Below are positions 24,596 through 38,200 of a stretch of 64,000 bases of DNA, piece after piece. Where the stretch lies: the NCBI GenBank assembly GCA_028534125.1, contig CM052816.1:16556001-16620000 (forward strand), given 5' to 3'. This stretch comes from Lama glama (lineage: Eukaryota). How positions within the stretch are numbered: the first letter of the stretch is position 1; every line of letters starts with the position of its first letter. The position numbers and the translations under genes are program-made. The notes beneath the pieces were generated by a model. It did not search any database. It was not told the DNA's origin and saw only the letters and a program-made list of their open reading frames with translations.

Positions 24596-26479
24596 GAGAG
24601 TAAGAGGAACACAACTTGACGCTGGTGAGAAAGCCTGAAGAAGTGAGGGATGAGCAGTGCCCATCAGAAGAGGAGGGTGGAGGGTAGTCTGGGCAGGCAA
24701 ATGCTCCCAATACAAGTGGAAGAGTGAACTGTGGTGGTCTGAGGCCCCAGGTGGGGACCCCCTCTTTGTGGGTGCCCAGCCAGGCCACTGCCTACTCCTT
24801 TGTATGCCAAGGAGGCCATTTCTCACTTTTGGGGAATTTACTAAATATCCAGTAACATCATCCCACGGAAAGGGTGAGAAGGCAGGGCATTTACATACTC
24901 CTCAAAGTACCCACATGCGACCCGCATTGGTTGAAAGGCTGGGGAGGATTCTCACGGTGTTTATCATGAGACTCTGTCCTAGTGTCAAGTGTGCACATTC
25001 ATTCAGGACTCAGTATCTATTTACTGAGCATTTACTATATACCAGGTACTGTCCCAGGCAGAGGGGATGCAGAGGTGACCAAAAGAGCCAAGGCCCCTGC
25101 TCTCACCAAGCTCATATCCTGGTGAGTGATATGCAGACTTGGTACATTTTCCATGCACATTTCAATGTGTACGTGGTACAAGCATGTGCTGCCTGGTGGG
25201 GGCCTATGATGCTACTTTGCTTCTTCCATAGTCTCCCCCATCACCACACCTATCTCCTTCTCCCCCTAGCCTCACACTGTCGGCCCCAAGCAGGCAAATG
25301 ATTCCAGCCCCCTTGAGCTGAGGGCCAGCTCATTCTCATTTCTCAAGTTTAATTTTGCCAACAGCCAGAGGCAATAACAGCAGCTCTGGAAATCTGGCTG
25401 CTGGTACACTGGGCTGGGATAGGCAGCCCAGAAATAATTGCCTCTTTGAGTGTTTTATTGGAATGTGCACGTGCTTCCTGCTTCTTGTGGGGACTATTCC
25501 CTCCCAGGGCTGCTTCTTAATGTGAGGAATGAATTAGGCCAGTGGGCTGCTTCAAGGAGAGCGTGGAGCATGGGTCGGCCTCAGGGCTGTACCTTGTCCA
25601 TCTCCCTTCCTCCAAAGTCGTGTTATTCAAGCAGGAGTTTGGCGAACACTGCAATCCTGTCTGTCACAGGCACCAAAGCCTCACACTTTGTGGTCATACA
25701 ATTTCCCCCAAGGTCAGCCCCCACTGCCTTGGAAGCCCCTTACTGTGCTGCTAAGAATGGGTGACCCTAAGACTTGGTCTGAGCTCTGAAGACTGCCTTG
25801 CCCTAGAAGCCTCCCCCTTGCTGCTGTCCTTAGCACAGGATGCCTGCTTCTCCTTCCTCTGAGTAGGGAAACAGAATGTTAATGATGATGAGTCCAGATT
25901 TTCCCGGGTGTGGAACCAGCCAGAGATCCTGGCTCAGTCTGCCAGGTCTGTGACTGCACCAAGATGGCTGCCTCCTCTGCAGCTGCTGTCAGGTGTGAGG
26001 GGAGTGAACAGGCAAAAGAGACAGTGGAGGGGAAATGACTGTAACAAAGGAGGAGGTTTCATTTGTCTGCCCCAAATCTGGTGGAGTCTTCTCAAGGTCA
26101 TTGAGAGACTATCTCCCTGACTACAGCCCAGTCAGTGCCTTCCAGCCTCCCTGTGGGGATACCATCCCACACCCCTGACGTGCTGGTGCTGGGCCCTCAG
26201 ATAGGTCAGTGGACACTGCGGGAGGGGCTCCACCTCCATGCAGTTATTTCAGCTCTGTATTCAGCTGAAATCCTCTGTGGTTAAAGGCTCGTTGACTGTA
26301 TTCTCTCTAAAATAATGACCCTTCATCTAGGTTATGATATGGTCTTGAGTGACATAAGGGAATGGCTGTCAGTGTGTGTACAAGGAAACACAGTCCTGTT
26401 CAGTATTCCCTGGTGTGGGACACAAAGACCTCCAGGCCTGGGGAACTCCTGCTGATGCTACTTGCAGCTCCAGTCCTCC

Positions 26480-27400
26480 AGGAGGCCCACAGAAATGCTG
26501 TGCTATTTCATTCCTTTCCTGTCTTGGCTCCTGGAAAACTCCTACTTATTCTTCAAAATCCTGATCAAAGATCATCTCTTCTCTGAAGCCTTGCCTGATC
26601 CCTTTTGAGGCAGAGCTCATCACTCTCCTTTGACTCAATAGTTCACTCTGCAGTAGTTCACTCTGATCTAGAGCAAGTTACTAATTATAATGCAACCTTT
26701 ATAAAACCGGGGTAATGCAGCCTTTGCAGGTTTCGGGAGGAATTAGAGATAATGTATATTTAAAACCTACTATTGTGCCTGGCACATGGTCAGGGCTCAG
26801 AAAATGACAGTTCTTGGAGTGATGATGGCAGTGATCACACTTTTTCAGTGGTCTGTTTACACATCTGTCACCTCTAATAGATGGTGGACTCCTTAAGGAC
26901 AGAGTCACTGTTGAGTCATTGCTGTATGCATAGCACTCTGGCTGGCTCAGAATGAGCACCCAATAAAGGGTAATAAATGTCAGCATTATCATTAGGATAC
27001 TTAAAATAATACTAACTGGCCTTTAGTGAGTGTTTACCATGTGCCAGGCACCGTTCCAAGCAATTTAGCTGGATTATCTCACTTAATCTTCACAGCAATC
27101 CTGTAAGGTGAAGTGTTGTCATTCCCATTTCACAGATGAGTAAAGTAAAGCTTACTGAGGTTATACAATTTGCCTGAGGTCACACTGTAAGAAGTGAGGG
27201 ATAGAGGCAGTTTTAAAATCAGGTCCATGTGACTCCAGGGTTTTTGAACAACTCCACACTTGATTGCCGAGCATACTCTATACTGTGTCAAAGTCCTTAG
27301 TCCAGCTGACAACAGGGCCTGTGTGTGGGTTACTTATGTAGCCCCCGAGCCTCACACAGATCCTGGCATGAAGTAGGCTCACCAGTCAATGTTCTTTGGA
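26480..27400. mobile_element. L2/MIR cluster including a near full-length antisense MIR at ~27005-27260
   Basis: catgtgccaggcaccgttccaag...cccattttcacagatgagtaaagt...ttgcctgaggtcacac, with L2 tails at ~26840-26980 and ~27290-27400. Confidence 0.8.
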
Positions 27401-28339
27401 TAAGTAGATGAGAAAAGGAGAGGGAGAAAGGAGAAAGTCAAGGGGAGGTAAGGCCAGAAGAGGGCCTGGGAGAGGGCTGTGTCCTGGCTGTCAAATTTGC
27501 ACACCCTTTCCAGGACCGGTGCCATTCCCATCATCCTACTTCCAACAGTGTTTGAAACGCTACTTATTCTCTTGGGAACAAACTGAAGCTCAGAAGGTGA
27601 GCTGACAACTCAGGTGCTCCCTCCTTCCCAGGCAGCTCCTCCCCATCCCTAGGACCCCTGACCTGACTTGTCGGGGCAGAGAGAGGTTTGCAGTACACGA
27701 GTGAGCCAGCATTTCGGAGAACAGGAAATAAAAGTAGGCTTCAGCATGTCTGTGCCTCAGAAGACCAGACTGTGGGGACCAGGAATTCAGCCCCCTACCT
27801 CTGAACTCAACATTCAGGGTCTGAGCTCACTCAGCAGGGTCACGTCCAAAGTCGATGGAGGTGACTCTCTCCTGGGCGCAGCGGGAAGGTTTCTGTTCCT
27901 TTTGTCTTTTCAACACCCTATGGTGGTGGTGGGCCCTGCCTGCCCATCTGACCTCAGGGCCAGGGTTGTAGGGACTTTGACCCACTATGTCCTAGCCCAG
28001 TTCTGCTTCTTCCAGTCCAGCTTCCCTCAATTCAGAATCTAGGCAGCTATTTGGACTGCTTCACTGGAATATTCTTTAATTCTGAGTTTCTTTTTCTCAT
28101 TATGGCTCGAAAATTAAAATCTCTCTGCCTTGGGCAAGTGAAGGCTGAGTGAGGGATGGCTGCCGCTGCCGCACATTTCTTATTTAAGTCAATTTGGAAA
28201 CACTGACTGCTTTCTCTCAGGGCAGGTGACCAAGAGAAGAGGACAGGGCAGACTTTAGCCTCCCTCCTTCCCACAGCGTTGGCATTAATCCTCCCGTTAC
28301 TCCCATAGCCCTCACTGACCTGGCCTAATCACAAATTTA

Positions 28340-28490
28340 ATAATACCCTGGCTTGTAAAGCTCTTCCCCATGCATTATTTCCAGCTGATCCTCACAACAG
28401 CCCTGCAAGGAAGGAAAGCAGGTGTTCTTGTTCTTGTTTTTATTAATGAGGGAACTGCGGGCCCAGGGCATTTTACAGATGAAAGAGAAT
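28340..28490 (-). mobile_element. MIR
   Basis: atcctcacaacagccctgcaagg...cattttacagatga. Confidence 0.7.
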
Positions 28491-29599
28491 CCCCTGAAGT
28501 CCTTGGAGAGGGGGTGACAGGGTGGGGGTGTCAAGGTTGTGACCCCTACCATCAGGTCCCCTTGCTTCTGAGAAGTCAGCTGGGGCAAGGCTGCCTCTTT
28601 TCTCATCGCCCCCACAACACTGAAGAGGAGACCCACTCAGGAGCCATGTGACCTAGGGCACCTCCTGTCTCCTCCCTGAGCTTCAACTTCCTTATATTTA
28701 AAAGAGAGGTTGCCCTAAATTACACCTAGCAGCGCACGTGCCCAGACCCCAGGGGAAAGGAAGACGGTTGTTCTCCGTTGCTTTGCTCCATCTCTGTCCT
28801 TGGGTGGTGACCGCTCCTCCCTGTGTGAACACTGAGCTGTCTTTGCCTCGCTCTCTTCTCTTTGCCGATCTCTCCATGATTTGCCCACAGACTCAGAGGG
28901 ATATTTGGTCCACATGGGTTTGTCTCCCAGTAGAGTTCCAGAACATCCCTTCCAAGAGGGGCCTGGAGAAAGTCGGGGGGGAGGGTGCTCCAGGATTATC
29001 TCAGAGCCCTAGCAACGCACTGTTTTTATCAGGAGGTGTCTGAGGCCTTTCAAAGTCTGGAACAAGTTCACTGCACTGAGGGACACAGGGTCTAGGAATG
29101 CAGACCCCGCTGCATCTCAAGCAGCATTAGAAGTTGTGTCTGCCCTATTGGCAAATGGCAGCACCAGCTCTCTAGGGGCACAGGCTCTGGTGGGAAAAGA
29201 AGTTTCCTGTTCTATGTCTGTCTCATCCTCAGCTCCCTCAGTGACCTGGTAGTTTCTGCATTCTTCTATTCTCTTTTGTGGAACACCAGGGAACCAGAGG
29301 CCCAAGGTACCACGTGACCCTAAACTTCTTCAACAACCTCATGTTTTGTTCCTGGTGTGAAATTATAGCCACTCCCACCTGCCTCTCCTCCTCCCTGAGG
29401 AGCGGGAGTTTAGGGCCAGACTACACTCTTCATCACCACCTCAACTCCAGGGGCACAGAGGACTCTAAACCTAACCTCAACCAGCAAGAGGGACAGTCTG
29501 GGCCACCAGGGGCTTCCTGAGGCTGGTGCAGGAGGGAGAGCTGTGCGAGGGAGGAGGGAATGAGAACTTCCTGAAGATAACGGCTTTGGATAGCAACCC

Positions 29600-29830
29600 A
29601 AAATCTTTGGATTGTTGAGGTACAGAAAATTAGACAGATCTGGGGTCAAATTTCAACTCTGCTTCAAGCTGTGAAATCTTAGACAACCTCTGGAAACCTC
29701 ACTTTCCTCTTTCACTTTCCACAATGGTGATTATCCCATATTGTTGTTGCAGGACTGAATGAAATAATGTACATGAGATACTTACCGAGGCCTCCAGCCT
29801 GTATTAGGTACTCAGTAAATAGTTGCTCTT
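29600..29830 (+). mobile_element. MIR
   Basis: agacagatctggggtcaaatttcaactctgc...taggtactcagtaaat. Confidence 0.7.
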
Positions 29831-32127
29831 ACATAGTATTAGTATCAGTATCAGCACTATTGTTGTTGATGGCGGGTTAGGAAGTGGGGATTGAAAACGG
29901 ACTTTCTTGTTTGCAGAAACACTTGGACACAGTGAGTTGGTGGGGGAGGAAATCCCCAGACAGGAGACAGGTGTCTCCACCAGAAGTTCTCTGAGATCTT
30001 GTGAAAGCTCAGCCTTACCTCTCCAGTGCCATCTTGTTGACTCAGACAGACCCACAAAGGCTATTCTGTTTCCTTGTGGCAGCTCACTTTATACTAGGAA
30101 CAAACGGCATCTTGGGAAATTAGAGTCACAGAGACTGGACAGTCAAGTCCCTCTTACTGTCAGATAAAGGAGCCCCTGTTCTGATTCCTGTCGGTAGCTA
30201 GGAATGATGCTCAGGCTGCCACTGAGCACAAGGGCCTGGCCAGAGGGAACAATGGTTGGGCAGTGGCCAAGACCTTAGGAAAAAAACTAAGGTCCCAAAA
30301 GAGAAACCAGAGCTTCCCCAGTGGACACTCCTTTCCTTTTGTGCCTCTTACTCTTCGCTCCTCCCCAATGCCCTGTTTCTAGCCCCACCGAACCCCATCT
30401 CTGACAAGGAGGGTGAGACCAAAGTGAGATCTCATAGGGTAAAAATTGGTACTCCTCTCCTGGGGGAGATAGTTTAGAGTGTTGGGCTTCTCCCCACAAC
30501 ACTAAGTCTGTGAACCTATATGATTGAAGGGCCAAGAAAATGGGGTCGAAATCCTAAGATTCTGAGAAGGGAGAGGCCACAGCAGTCAGTATCACCTCAT
30601 CCCATCCCTCTCCCCCAATCCCAGTTCTTTGTTTCTTCTTTCTCTTCTGACTCTTTTCTCTGCCTCTTTCTCTTTTTCTTTCTTCTCTCCTTATCCAGAG
30701 GCTGGGTTTGCAAGTTTTCAACTTCTGTTCTTAGACCTTCTATACGTGCAGGAGTACGTATAGTATCTCTATACTCTTATCTCTTTTTGTTTTTCTTGTT
30801 CCCTCTCTTTCTGATTGTCTCAGGCAGAAGCAGGGACTCCTGCCTTCTCTGATAAGAGAAATGAGAGAGCTAAGCCCCAGGGTTTAGGCTCAGGCTCCTC
30901 AGGGACACGTGGCAGGCCCGCAGGGACACTGGGCTGTGTGGAAGAGGAAAGCATGAATTGGCACATGAGAGCATAAAGATGGCACAGACAAATGGAATGC
31001 AGTATTGATTGGGCTCTGGATGACTCACTGCCCCAAAGGAGGGATCTAGGAGGATGATGTCATAGCTGGAGCTGATGGTGACACTGGCAGCTGCACCCCA
31101 TCCCTGCCCTGAGACTTCTTCTCTCATGAGCTTCTTTTTGCCTCCCCATTACAGGGCAGGGCTAGGGAAGCAGATTTCACCTTTGGTGTCATTTAGAACC
31201 ACAATGTGGTTTTCTTAGACTGAGACCTTCCTTCCCACATCCTCACCGCCACTTCCTCTGCCTGTCTTAGTAGACTTCCTAATGTGCACGTGGGCATTCA
31301 CCATCTCACACATGTGTGCACAATTTCGAAGTGTGTGTACAGCTTACATGTAAGTATACACACACACACACTCAAACATATTCCCACCTGCCAGCTATTT
31401 CCAACAGTGAGGGGAATACACTGGGCTTGCAAACAATGCTAGGGGACTCTAGGGGCACAATTCTCTTTGGGAGTGATCTGAGAAAGAGCTTTGTGTGCTC
31501 TTGTGTGCTGGCATCTTGATGCCATGTGCCTCTGACTTCAGGGGCCACAAACTTGAGCCAAAGTAAGCCCAGCATTTGGATAGCCATGTGTGTCCTTGAA
31601 TATGTTCATTTCTGACTTCATAATCATGGGGAAAAATTGGGAAGGGATGTGGTTGGCAGGGGACAGGGGTATGTGGAGGAGGGCACTGAGTAGGGCCCAA
31701 GACTTTAGAAACTGACTCCAAGACAAATTTCATGATCATTCCTCTCTCCTGTTCACCACAAATTGACTGTATCTTTCCCTCTACATCCTGGGAAGAAAGA
31801 GTTGAATCTCACTTGTTAATTAAGTCCCAGGAATCCAGCTTAAGCTGGGGCAGAGGAAGGGTTCCAAACATGACTGTGAATATTAACGCTATGTAAATCA
31901 CATGCAAATACATTGAAAGAAGAAACAAATAGCTTGTGGGTCTTAAAAAAGAACAATTCGCCTGAAGTGAAGGGAATGGAGAACCCACAGCCCTTATAAT
32001 GGGGTGACTGGGTGGAGGATGAACCCACTTTAGTCCTCTGGAGATCCTAGCCTGTGGTGGAAATGGTTTGTTTGGCTATAAGCAACCAATTCACATGTAT
32101 TTGTCCAATGCCCATCTGACATGGTGG

Positions 32128-32305
32128 CAGAGGTGGATTTTCCATTAAGCTAATGAAGCTTAAGCTTTGGGGCTACTCACTTGTACAGGCCCCATCGAAA
32201 GCCTGGACTTAATTTTATGCCTATAATTTTGTACTCTTTTTCTTAAAAAGAGCTTCCTCTAATTGTACGAGCTTTGGGACTCACAAAACCTAGGTCTACC
32301 GCCAC
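32128..32305 (+). mobile_element. hAT-Tip100 MITE (Arthur1A/MER69A-like)
   Basis: cagaggtggattttccattaagctaatgaagcttaagcttt...cacaaaacctaggtctacc, ~180 bp with degenerate TIRs. Confidence 0.7.
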
Positions 32306-32579
32306 AGTGAACAGAATAAACTCTCTGTTCTTAATTTAATTAGCAGCCTCCTTTGAGATCATCTGTCTATCAGAAATGCCCGTCTGTTTACATGGCCTTG
32401 TATGTCCCTTACTCCGGGTGGAAGACCCGGATAATCACCAAGGCTGCTCCTGGCTCCAGGACTTCACAGTTTCCTGCCTTGAGGCTGATGTTGGAGGAGG
32501 ATGAAGTTAACTGCTTTGTTGTGAAAGGGAATGTGGCCCTCTTGCCCAAACTCTGAACCTCAGGGAGCAAGTACCTGAT

Positions 32580-33050
32580 AATGAATAATAATTATACCTT
32601 ACATTTCTGGAGACTTTGAGAGTTTCTAAAGGGAAAGTGTCATTTGATCTTCACAACAACCTTGAGGGAGGGAGCACATATATTATGGAGATTTGTTATA
32701 GACAAGGAAACTGAGGCTAAGAGAGGTGATAGTAAAATGGTAAGAGCTCACACTCACAACCCTGTTGTGACAGCAAGAACAATTACATGTATTATTACTG
32801 TGCTCACTTAATCTGCACAATTTTTTTGATGTAGGTACTATTATTATCATCATTTTTAGAAACGGAGAAACTGCACAGAGAGGTTAAGGAACTTGCCCTA
32901 GCCAGACTAAAGAGTAGCAGAGCCAAGTTTCAAACTCGGGCAGTCTGGCTGCAGTTCTTGCTCTTAATCAGTTCACTACCCAAACAACTCGTTTATGTTC
33001 ATAGGCCAGAATTTGAATCCAGATCTTTCTGACCCCAGAGCCCTTTCCCA
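32580..33050 (-). mobile_element. Nested MIR copies
   Basis: Two gaaactg...gagagg cores and MIR-type ends (caagtttcaaactcgggcagtctggc; gaatttgaatccagatct). Confidence 0.75.
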
Positions 33051-34589
33051 TCACCACTAAGCACAACGACCACTTCCCTAAAGAACCAGGAAGTGCCAGC
33101 CGCTTGTGGCCAGAGGCCCAGAGGGAGGCACGAGGTGATTGGCCTAAGGATCAGTGTCTAGCCAGGGAAGGAAGGAAGAGTAAAGTGTTCCTCCTGGACT
33201 GACAGCTCAAGGTGGGCAGCGAGCCAGCAATCGCCAACTTGAGGTGAGTCTGGGGAGGCTTCTTCCCTCCTGGGCCCTCAAGACCCCAAACTATCTGACC
33301 ATCTCTCCCCACGCCTGTTAATTCTCTGACAAATGAGATCAAGATTACAGTCAAGAGGTGTATTTAGGAAGATCACCATGGCAACAAAATAAAGGACGGT
33401 GGATTAGGGGTGAGGTGAGTTAGGAAACAGTTGCAAAAATCCAGAAGAGAAGTGATGAGGTCCCAAACGAAGGTAATGACTGTGGTGTGGAGAAGAAAGA
33501 AGCTGCAGGAGTGAACAAAAGAAGGGTGGACAGGGATGCTTCAAATGACACAGCCTACATTCTGGCTTCAGTGGAAGAAGAGGAATAGAGAATGTGGGAG
33601 GTGTGGGGGAAATAAACAATGAGGCCTGTAGGATGAGGAACCCCCGGAAGCTGCCAGAGGTGATAACACTCTATCTTCCTGCTCTCTGGGTCCCTAGTCA
33701 GGCTGGCTCCCCCCAGGGTCTACTCTGTGTGTGTGTGTGTGTGTATATGTGTCTGTGTATAGAAGTACCAGCCCTGAGGTCTGGGGCCACATCACAGGGA
33801 GGTAAGCTATGGGGAGCATCAGGGAAGCATGATTTAGAGTCTCATTCCCACTGCCCTTCACTGTGCTGCAAGGACAGTTCAACATAATGTGTAATTACTG
33901 CCGCCCAACAAGGCTGCACTGTACACAAAGCTCCCTACCTTCCTCCTGCTCCCTCCTGCCTGCCTTCAGACTATAAATCAGTTTTCAATCCTGAGTGCTA
34001 CCTGTAAATGTTCAAGCTCAGGATTCTCGCCTCACAATCCTGCATCCCTGAGGGGTGGTTCAGACTCTGAGTGGCTGCTCTCCTCCTAGTCCTGAATCTG
34101 ACATCCTTCCTATCCCCTGATTGATGGTAAGAGGGTCAGTGAGGGAGCTGGAATTGGCTCTAGGGCCCAGCACCTGGCTTGGGGAGTGGGGATGAATGTC
34201 TCTGTGTCTACCTGACTCAGCCAGGCCTGAGCTGGATGCTGCCCAGTGTGCATTTTCTAGATCATTTAGGCAAAAAAGGCAATGAAACTGACCCTTCCTC
34301 CCAGAAAGGTACCCTCCTCCCAGTCCTGCAGGATATGCCAGAAGTAGGCAGGTGGGCGCCTTCCCTAGAGAATCTCTAAAAGATAGCACCCTCATCACAT
34401 GCTGATGTGGGGATGAGGAGGCACAAGCCATTGCTTTGCCCTGAGCTGGGATGGGAAATCCCATGGTGTACCTCTGGGGTGATAAAAGGACAAATCAAGA
34501 GGACTTCTTGATTCTTTGAGGACTCTGATTCTCTGTTTTAAAAAAAGATGGATGCTTTCCTTTTCCCCTTCCTGCCTCTCTTTGCTAGG

Positions 34590-35203
34590 ATGACTGCAAT
34601 GGCCTCCTCATCCCCTACCGGCATCCACTAATACCCTTCTAACACACCCTCCTGTTGAACGGAGGTTAGATCATACCTCTCGCATTCCCTGATTAAACAT
34701 CTTTGTGAAATTCCCTCCTCCTTTAGGATAACACTGAATTCCTTCCCAAGGCTTACAAGACCTGACCCTGCCTGTCTTAATCAAACCAACCTCACTGGGT
34801 ACCACTCATTCTCTCACTGCCTCATTCCAGTCACACTGCTTTCTGTTTCTCCAACACTCCTACCACAGGGCCTTTGCACTGGTAGTTCCTGAAACCTGAA
34901 GTGCTCTTCCTCCTACTCTTCCAGGCCTATTTCACCACCCTTCTTTGATTGCTCCATTTGAAGTAGGTCCCCCTTTCTATCTCAGCACCCTGTTTGTTCA
35001 CTTTATAGTACTTACATATTGTATAATTTGTAATTCTGTATTCCTCAGCTGGTTTTCTCACTTTTTGTGGGTTTTCCCCATTAGGCTGGACTCTCTGTAA
35101 GGGCAGGAGCCACACTGTATTGTTCATCACTGTATTCCAGGTGCTTAGCATAAAGCTTGGCACATAGTAGGTGTTAATTAAATACTCTAAATGAACTGAA
35201 TGC
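34590..35203 (+). mobile_element. L2 3' region
   Basis: cacagggcctttgcactgg...gcttggcacatagtaggtgttaattaaatac...aatgaactgaatg. Confidence 0.85.
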
Positions 35204-38200
35204 ATGGGAGGTGGCTGTCAAAGGAAGTCGTATAAATTGAAGCTGATTCCACCTACCCCCATCCATCCCCACTTGCAAACAACAAACAGAGTCATCCTTC
35301 CCTAGAAGATCAGGCTTGTACCCACCCTGAGGGAACTAGAAGGAGTTCCCCAAGGGCCTTGACCTTCCTTCCTCTCCTTTGGGAAACTCTCTTACCTCTG
35401 GCCCCTCCTGGCTGTCCCTGAAGCTGCCCCTCTAACCATGGGTCAGTAGCCAGTGTTCACCCTCTCCTACTCCCCTTCAGGTCCCTGGGTTGCTGCAAAT
35501 GATGGCCCATTTCAAACTGATACCTGTGCCAACTAGTGGGAGCAGAGAGGAGCAGAAGGAAGAGTGGGGGTGTGAGCCAGGGACTCAAAAATGGGAACAG
35601 GGAGGAAGGCTGAGAAGGCAGCTCTTCCACGTATTATATCCATGAAGTAAATGCAAATTAACTGAAAGCACCTTTTGAATAAGCAGCTTTTATTGAGGGA
35701 GCTGTTCTAATCCGTAAATGGCTTTACTGACCACCCGGAGCTTCCTGGTTGGGGAGGGGGGTGGGAAATATAATCGTGCTGTCAGGAATTGCTCCGCAGT
35801 GCCCTTGTCCCTGCGCTTTTAGATTCCAGACATGCTTCTTGTGGCTAATGGAACTTGCAGATCTCTAACCTCAGCTTCCACATTGCACTCCCCTCCCCAA
35901 CCCTGAGTCTGGGGAGCCAGGCCCCTGGGTCTGCGGGAGGCTTAGGCTGCTGGATGCTGCACTGGGTGGATCTAGATGTTGAGTGAATCTCAGGGGCTGT
36001 AAGCAACGGAGTGTGACTACAGTGAAACGGCTCTGGGGGCTCTCTGGTATAGCTCTACACCTGGGCAAGTGAAATTTTCCTGGGCCTGTGTGTAAAGGTA
36101 TGTGTGCTGTGTGTGCCGGTGGGCTTGTGTATATACATACCCTGGGAACAGGCATCACTATATGTCTGTGTGGCTGTGTATGGGTTTGCACCCTCCTCCA
36201 TGTCTCTATCCTTTTGTACTCTCCTCAGCTTGTAGGGGGCTGGCCTCAGATGGGTAGTCATGCTTTTTCAAGGACTAATGATTTTTTATCAGAATGATAA
36301 TGAACTGATGACACATGGAAGCTCCTGGGCTCTGGAGAAAAACCAGAGAAGAACAACTGGGAACAGAAAGGAGGTTGGTGGGCCTTGGGGGCTCAAGGAC
36401 CTTACCTCTGAGAAAGCTCATTCCAGCTCTGTTCAGATTTTAGAGGGGAAGGGGATGGACAAAGGAGGCCCAGAGGATGCTGGAAATACATTATCAATAT
36501 TCCCGGCCTGGCCTACCTGCCTTTTCCAGGAGCCTCCAATCCCTGCTTTGCATCTGTTGCCCTCCCAACACACTCACCTTGACCATGACTGTGAGCTGTG
36601 AGGGCTAAGGCTGGTTATTCCACCCTCCTAGCCTCTGCCCTCTAGCCCTCACTCAAAGCCAAGTCCTGTCCAGAGACAGAAGGGGGCTGCTCCTTGGTAT
36701 CAGATAACAGAATTCTGAGAGGGTCAGGGACAGGTAAGCAGGCCCTGGAGCACAAATGGAACATGGACATGCAGCCTGTCAAGGCTAATTGGCTTCAACG
36801 ATCTTTCATGATGGATTTTGGGCCAAGTGACTTGTCACTGGGGAAAGGAGAGGACAGTCCTCCAGAAGCTTGCAGAACTTCTACACTAGAAGGGTCTGGA
36901 TTAAAAAACAGGAACTTCTCTCATTGGTCAGAGAAGATAAGTGATAGCCCTTTCCTGAAGGTTTCAGAGAGACTTCATGCAGACCTAGATTTACAGCACA
37001 CAGGGGCTTAGTTCACTGGAAAGCCCCTCTATCCCACTGTGCCAATAGGCAGCCACTTTTCTCTAAGCTGGAGAGCTCCAGCCCCCTTAGCAAAGCCTGG
37101 CACATAGTAAGTGTTCAATAAATATCAGTTGATGTGACTATTAGCATAATCTCCTAGAGAAGAGTCTCTGAGGGTGGTCTCTGCAAAGAGGGTTGAACCT
37201 CTAGAACACAGGGAGACAGGAGGGATAGGGGGCATCTGAAGCAGGCATGATGCCAAGATGCTCATCTGGAGCACCAAGGAGGCAGAGGCCTTGGCCTCCA
37301 CTGTGGCCTCTCCTTGCCCAGCCCTTGCTTCCCCGGGCTGTCCTCTCTCAGGGCCCTGCAGGGAGTCCTCCCTCTGTCTCTGGCAGGCCCAGTGACCTTT
37401 CTCTTAAGTCTGCAAATATATTCTTGGCAAGTCTTGGAAATAAAATTGTGCTCAACATTTGTATAGGGCTTTCTGCCACCCAGCCCTTTACAGACATTAG
37501 CTAATTAAATGGAGGAGGATAAGATGGAAGAGGGTCTGGGACTCCAGGCCCTTCTGACCTGAGCAGCTCCAGTCTTATTTCTCCTTTCTTCTTTTTCTGT
37601 AAGGTTCAATTTACTCTATAGAAGTGATTTCTGGGGAGCTGGCCATTGAATCAGAAAGGAAAGGGAGGAAGGAGTTTAAAAATATGTTGAGTAGATAAGT
37701 GTCTCCCTGAGGTCATTCTGTCCTACTGCCAGCCATATCCAGCAACTGGCTCAATCTGAGAGTGCAGATATGTGTCTTCCATGAATAGGTCAGTTACTTT
37801 GTCCCACTTTGGAGGAGGACATGAGACAGACAGTAACTTGGGCCAGAGCACGTTGCCAAAGATCCTTCCCAGAGTGCTAGGTGGACCTCTTCCTGGTCAA
37901 GGGACAGGGCCGACCTCTCAGCTCACAGGTCACAAACCTGGACAGCCCCTAGCCTGGAGAGAAGCACGTAAACCTCTACCCCCTGCTCTTCCTGGCCATT
38001 AGGGTTGGAGGGGAGCCAACCCAGCATCAGCAGAATTTCTTGCACTGCCCCCCAACTACTCCCCACTATCTTCAGACTCTGCCTGTGTCAGCAGTGAATC
38101 AGAGTGGAGCTGCCCTCCAGTGGGCAGCAAGTCAGTTCCCACCTGGAGAGGAGAGATGGGGTGGATGGGGAGAGAAAGGAGGAGAGAGAGAGAGACAAAG

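Noticed and set aside
24657..25301. 214-aa ORF on plus
   Set aside because: Runs through an antisense L2 tail (YLFTEHLLYTRYCPR is L2-derived). No protein resemblance.
31331..31365. Hairpin gtgtgtgta..cttacatgtaag..tacacacac
   Set aside because: Explained by low-complexity alternating purine-pyrimidine sequence, and too short for a pre-miRNA.
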